Shown: one piece after another, positions 60,460-64,000 of the stretch
Layout of the letters: each line of letters starts with the position of its first letter
Position numbering within the stretch: position 1 is the stretch's first letter
From: Amoebophrya sp. A120
Lineage: Eukaryota > Protista > Dinoflagellata
Direction: 5' to 3'
Assembly (NCBI GenBank): GCA_905178155.1
Contig: CAJINV010000010.1
Span: 2,872,587 to 2,936,586 of the forward strand
DNA length: 64,000 nt
Notes under the pieces: model-generated
Told to the model about the DNA's origin: nothing
Database searches by the model: none
The model's input: only the letters and a program-made list of their open reading frames with translations
Translations under genes and position numbers: made by a program

Positions 60460-61445
60460 TGCTTATAGTAAGGTCTGGTCGATTTTTGCTTTTTTCGAAT
60501 TTCAATTTTTTGGAGGGGTAAGGGATTTTTTTTAACTATTACTTCGAAAACAGCGCTCTACTCGAACGCTGATATCATGCTCCTGCAGGTAGTGCAACTG
60601 CAAGTGCTGTAGCGGCACCAGTAAAATACACCTCCTCCTGGGCATCATGCATCCCTATTTTACACAGGATATCTGAATCGTCGAAACAGCGGCCGCGCGA
60701 GCATCTTTCGCGACTTCGCCGGTACGAAATAATCCGAGGATGAGCAACTAGCACTTGCTCCCGCCGTTGACGTTGTCATGGCGGCTGCGACTCTGCCTGC
60801 GTCGTTGGAAGATTTTCTTCGGCGCCAGAAGTAGGTCGTTGTGGTCCTGGAAAGGGTTTTATTGGATCTAGATATCAAGCAACTACACTCATATTGCAAA
60901 AGGCAAGCTCACCGTGAGAAGTTAGATTTTTACCGAAAAGTACGCAGCGAAACAACATGAAGTCTTCAATAGGCACTGATATACCCTCAGTCCTCGTCGC
61001 TTTTCGCACTACCAAGCCGCACCGCGGAGGCAGTGAAAAATTGTGAAAAAATCGATGGTTAAGACGCTTCGTTTGCTTCTTCTCGCGGTTCCCCTTCGCT
61101 GCGTTTCTTGAAGAGAAGCCGATTTCGTTGTGGTTTCGGTTTTTGTTTCGTTGTAGCCTGATTATTGCACAAGTTTTTATTTCATAGAAGGATATCCATG
61201 ATGTTGTTCTGCTCACTTTCCGATGAGCAAAGATACCCGGAAAACTAGCCCAGGTCAGGTATATAGATTTTTAAAAAACGCATTTCAACATCGACAACAA
61301 GCTGCTAGAGAAAGTGAGAAATAACATTTTTGACCACGTACGACATATGGGACTTGATTTTTCCAGCCAGAGACAGGTGGAAATAAGTCCCCACGTGGTG
61401 GGCACCACCACCGGCACTCGTCAAACAGCGAAAATATGTAGACAG

Positions 61446-61870
61446 TACCGTTTGTTGTTCGTCCTATCCTCTAGCAAGTAGAGCTCGAAGACAGTGAAAA
61501 GCTCCGCACTTTCCGATTTTATGGAGTTCTCAAATGTTACATTCTCAACTGTTACATGAGTTTGTATATGCAAGACTGGCAAAAGTGAAAGGAGGAAGAT
61601 TGCGCCTTTTGCATTACAAGTTTGGCGCAGATTTAGATGCTGTTTAGCCCTTCCGAAATTTGTCATGCGAAGCAGCTCGATCATCTGCCGGCTGAAGGTG
61701 CTTTTGCATGACAAATTCATGTAACAGTTGAGAATGTAACGTTTGGGAACGCCATAGATTTTGAAGAAGTTCTCGACTCTGTCCTTCTTCGCTGCGATTC
61801 TGGGAGAGAAACAACCGAGTTTTTCGCTTTGGTTTTCGTTTCACCGCTGGCTCGTCGTTGTTGAGCAAAA
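61446..61870 (-). CDS. Exon pair of an unresolved gene, probably extending toward the window end
   Basis: Removing the family D element gives ...ESRTSSKSESAELFTVFELYLLEDR. Confidence 0.4.
61520..61756. mobile_element. Introner family D
   Basis: Long TIR as at 11221, repeat GATTT. Confidence 0.9.
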
Positions 61871-62617
61871 TTTTTCAAATCAAAGATGTACTAGTATAGG
61901 GTTTCGTTTGGAAAAATCGAATGCTGTGGGTACTGCACGGAAGAAAGCTACGAAATTAAATAATTATTAAAGAAGTCGTTACGTAAAAATACCGGGTGTG
62001 TCGTTATGTTGTCTTCAATTGAAAAGATAAAGAGGTGGCAAGCTCAAGTAGTTGTAATGTAAAACAGTGGTAAAATGAAAATAACCGTAAATTTGCAAAA
62101 CAATAAAACAAAATTTCATCAAAAGTCGGGGTGCTATTTGTGCTTGGCTTTTTTTACGAGAAAGAAACAATCCGAAGAAAGTAGAAGTTCGTGACCACCC
62201 TATTCCACTGCGGGGGGAAGGTCTCAAACCTGGGGGAAAGGATGAAGTGTGTCAATCAGATAAATTTTACGCGCAAACCATCTATTATTGCAAAGCAGAC
62301 CGGGAACCACCACGACCACTACAAAAAACTTTTACCGAAAGAAATCAACTTTGAAGCGCCAGCAAAGACGAAAAACTGGGCGAAGGTCGATACTGGCGAG
62401 GGCATCAACGAGATTCTTCCTGAGGTACGAAAGCACGACCGATTGTTTGTTCCTTCACTCCACCAAACCGAAGTAAGACAAAAGCTGACTGAAATTATAC
62501 CACAACGAATTCAAATAACCATAAGACCCGACTATAGCCGCGGCGCTGATAGACGAGGACTGATGAGCAAGTAATTTAAATAATCAGCATTAGCTGTACG
62601 CTGTACGAAGGCACCGA

Positions 62618-62671
<54 letters not shown>
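62618..62671. repeat. (GAT)18 microsatellite
   Basis: Perfect trinucleotide tandem repeat. Confidence 0.95.
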
Positions 62672-62673
<2 letters not shown>

Positions 62674-64000
62674 GAGAAGGCTTTGTATTACACTGCAGCT
62701 TTCCTCTACTTTACGCTCACCGACACATAATATTATTCTATCTGACGCTAGTTTCTCTACCACTATCTTGCTATGCAGCACCCTTTGAATATTAGTAGAG
62801 GGCGGTGGGACAACGTCAACGCAGAAAAACTAGCATAAGTACGACGTAAGATGACAATGGTCGTGGTGCTCGGAGCGCTGATAATATCCGCCTCACGCCA
62901 TGGAAAACTGTACAACATGGGGCGAAGAAAATCTCTCATCGGGAGAGAAAGAGGGACCCCTGCTGCTCAATATTGTTTTCAGTCGCTTTGATGTGGCCTA
63001 CTTATCAAAATTTGTTTTTCACAATGGTACTGCGCTCCGGCGGCAAGTTGCCGAAATTATGGACAACACAAAAATAATCTACTCGCGAATGAAAATCGTA
63101 AACAAGAAAGTGAGATACGGAGCAGTGATCTTGTCATGTGATAAATGCAGAAATAAATTGCTGCTCCGAGAATACGCCAAATCAAGAAATCAATGTTGCA
63201 AAAAAAATGGAAATAGCAATACGACAGACTATTATTAATTTAGAAAAGGATGTCAATTTGAAAAGGATGTCGATGTGGAGATGCTGGATGCCTCCTCGCC
63301 TTGGTATATAGCAATCAATGTAAATCTCAAAAGTTGAAGTTGATAAAATTTGCACAGAAAGTAAATGTGAATGTTTGAACAGTGGCAGATGATCTTTGTT
63401 GTGAATCACAAGAGTGGTTTTTCGCACTGAAGATTAAACTTACGCGGAGAGAACGGTGTTGATAAAAAGAAGAAGCAAGGTGAATTACAAACGTTATACA
63501 ATTGACTACCATAGCAGCCTGCTTAGTCTCAGAAGATGTTGATAGTTTTTGTTTTTGTCAAAGTATGCTGGAAAATAATTCATCTTCATCTTGTTCGAAC
63601 AAAATAAAGCAAAAAATGCAGCTCGTCGCCCCGCTTGCGCTTCACTCGCAGCCGCGTTTGTTCAGTCTGCGCCGGCCTCGTCCCCCTCCCAACCCTCCGA
63701 GGCGTTCCCGCTTTCCGCCGGGGCCGGCGCATCTCGATCGCGTTCATTTTTGGAAGTAGAGCCGTCGACGTTTCCACCACTATAATCCACGTTCTCGTCA
63801 CCGCCCTCTCCCCGGTCGTCGGGGACTTGCGAAGCCGCTGAAAGAAAGGGATTCTGCTGGACGAAGGACGTCGAAGCTGTGCTCTGGCGTAGTCGAGCTG
63901 ATGAAAAACGGGAAAGCGACCAAGGAGATGAGGTCCGCGATTGCCGATCTGAAAACATCCTCCGCAATGATCCCGACCGCGACGCCGGCGACCGACTGGC

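Noticed and set aside
62590-62781. Poly-Ser ORF
   Set aside because: Explained by the (GAT)n microsatellite.
62191-63238. Plus-strand ORFs as a candidate transposase for the elements
   Set aside because: Short, with no recognisable DDE, HUH or tyrosine-recombinase motif and no flanking TIRs; a profile search would be needed.
1-64000. Dinoflagellate spliced-leader relics, tRNA or rRNA genes
   Set aside because: None recognised by eye; a search would be needed to exclude degenerate copies.

Overview
Gene-dense eukaryotic (protist) genomic DNA, not prokaryotic. Every gene I can reconstruct lies on the minus strand: a phospholipase B-like protein, a large unknown membrane protein, an ARL5-like GTPase, an RRM protein, two DEAH-box helicases, a WW-domain protein, a nucleoside hydrolase, a possible BRO1-like protein, a protein kinase and several unknowns. 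The dominant structure is about 49 short (about 110-320 bp) MITE-like elements in at least 8 terminal-inverted-repeat (TIR) families. Nearly all start TAT and end ATA, are flanked by a 5-bp direct repeat and sit inside coding sequence. Wherever I checked, removing the element plus one repeat copy restores the frame and conserved motifs, usually without GT-AG. They therefore behave as non-canonical transposon-derived introns (introners). This, together with the one-strand gene order, resembles what has been described for the parasitic dinoflagellate Amoebophrya; the organism is my inference. Further observations: the elements occur in both orientations, TIR positions 4-7 are hypervariable, all families share a TTGT(C/A/G)ATGC motif, diverged repeats show which copy is exonic, and some introns look like intermediates toward GT-AG. 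Coordinates were read by eye and may be off by a few bases.
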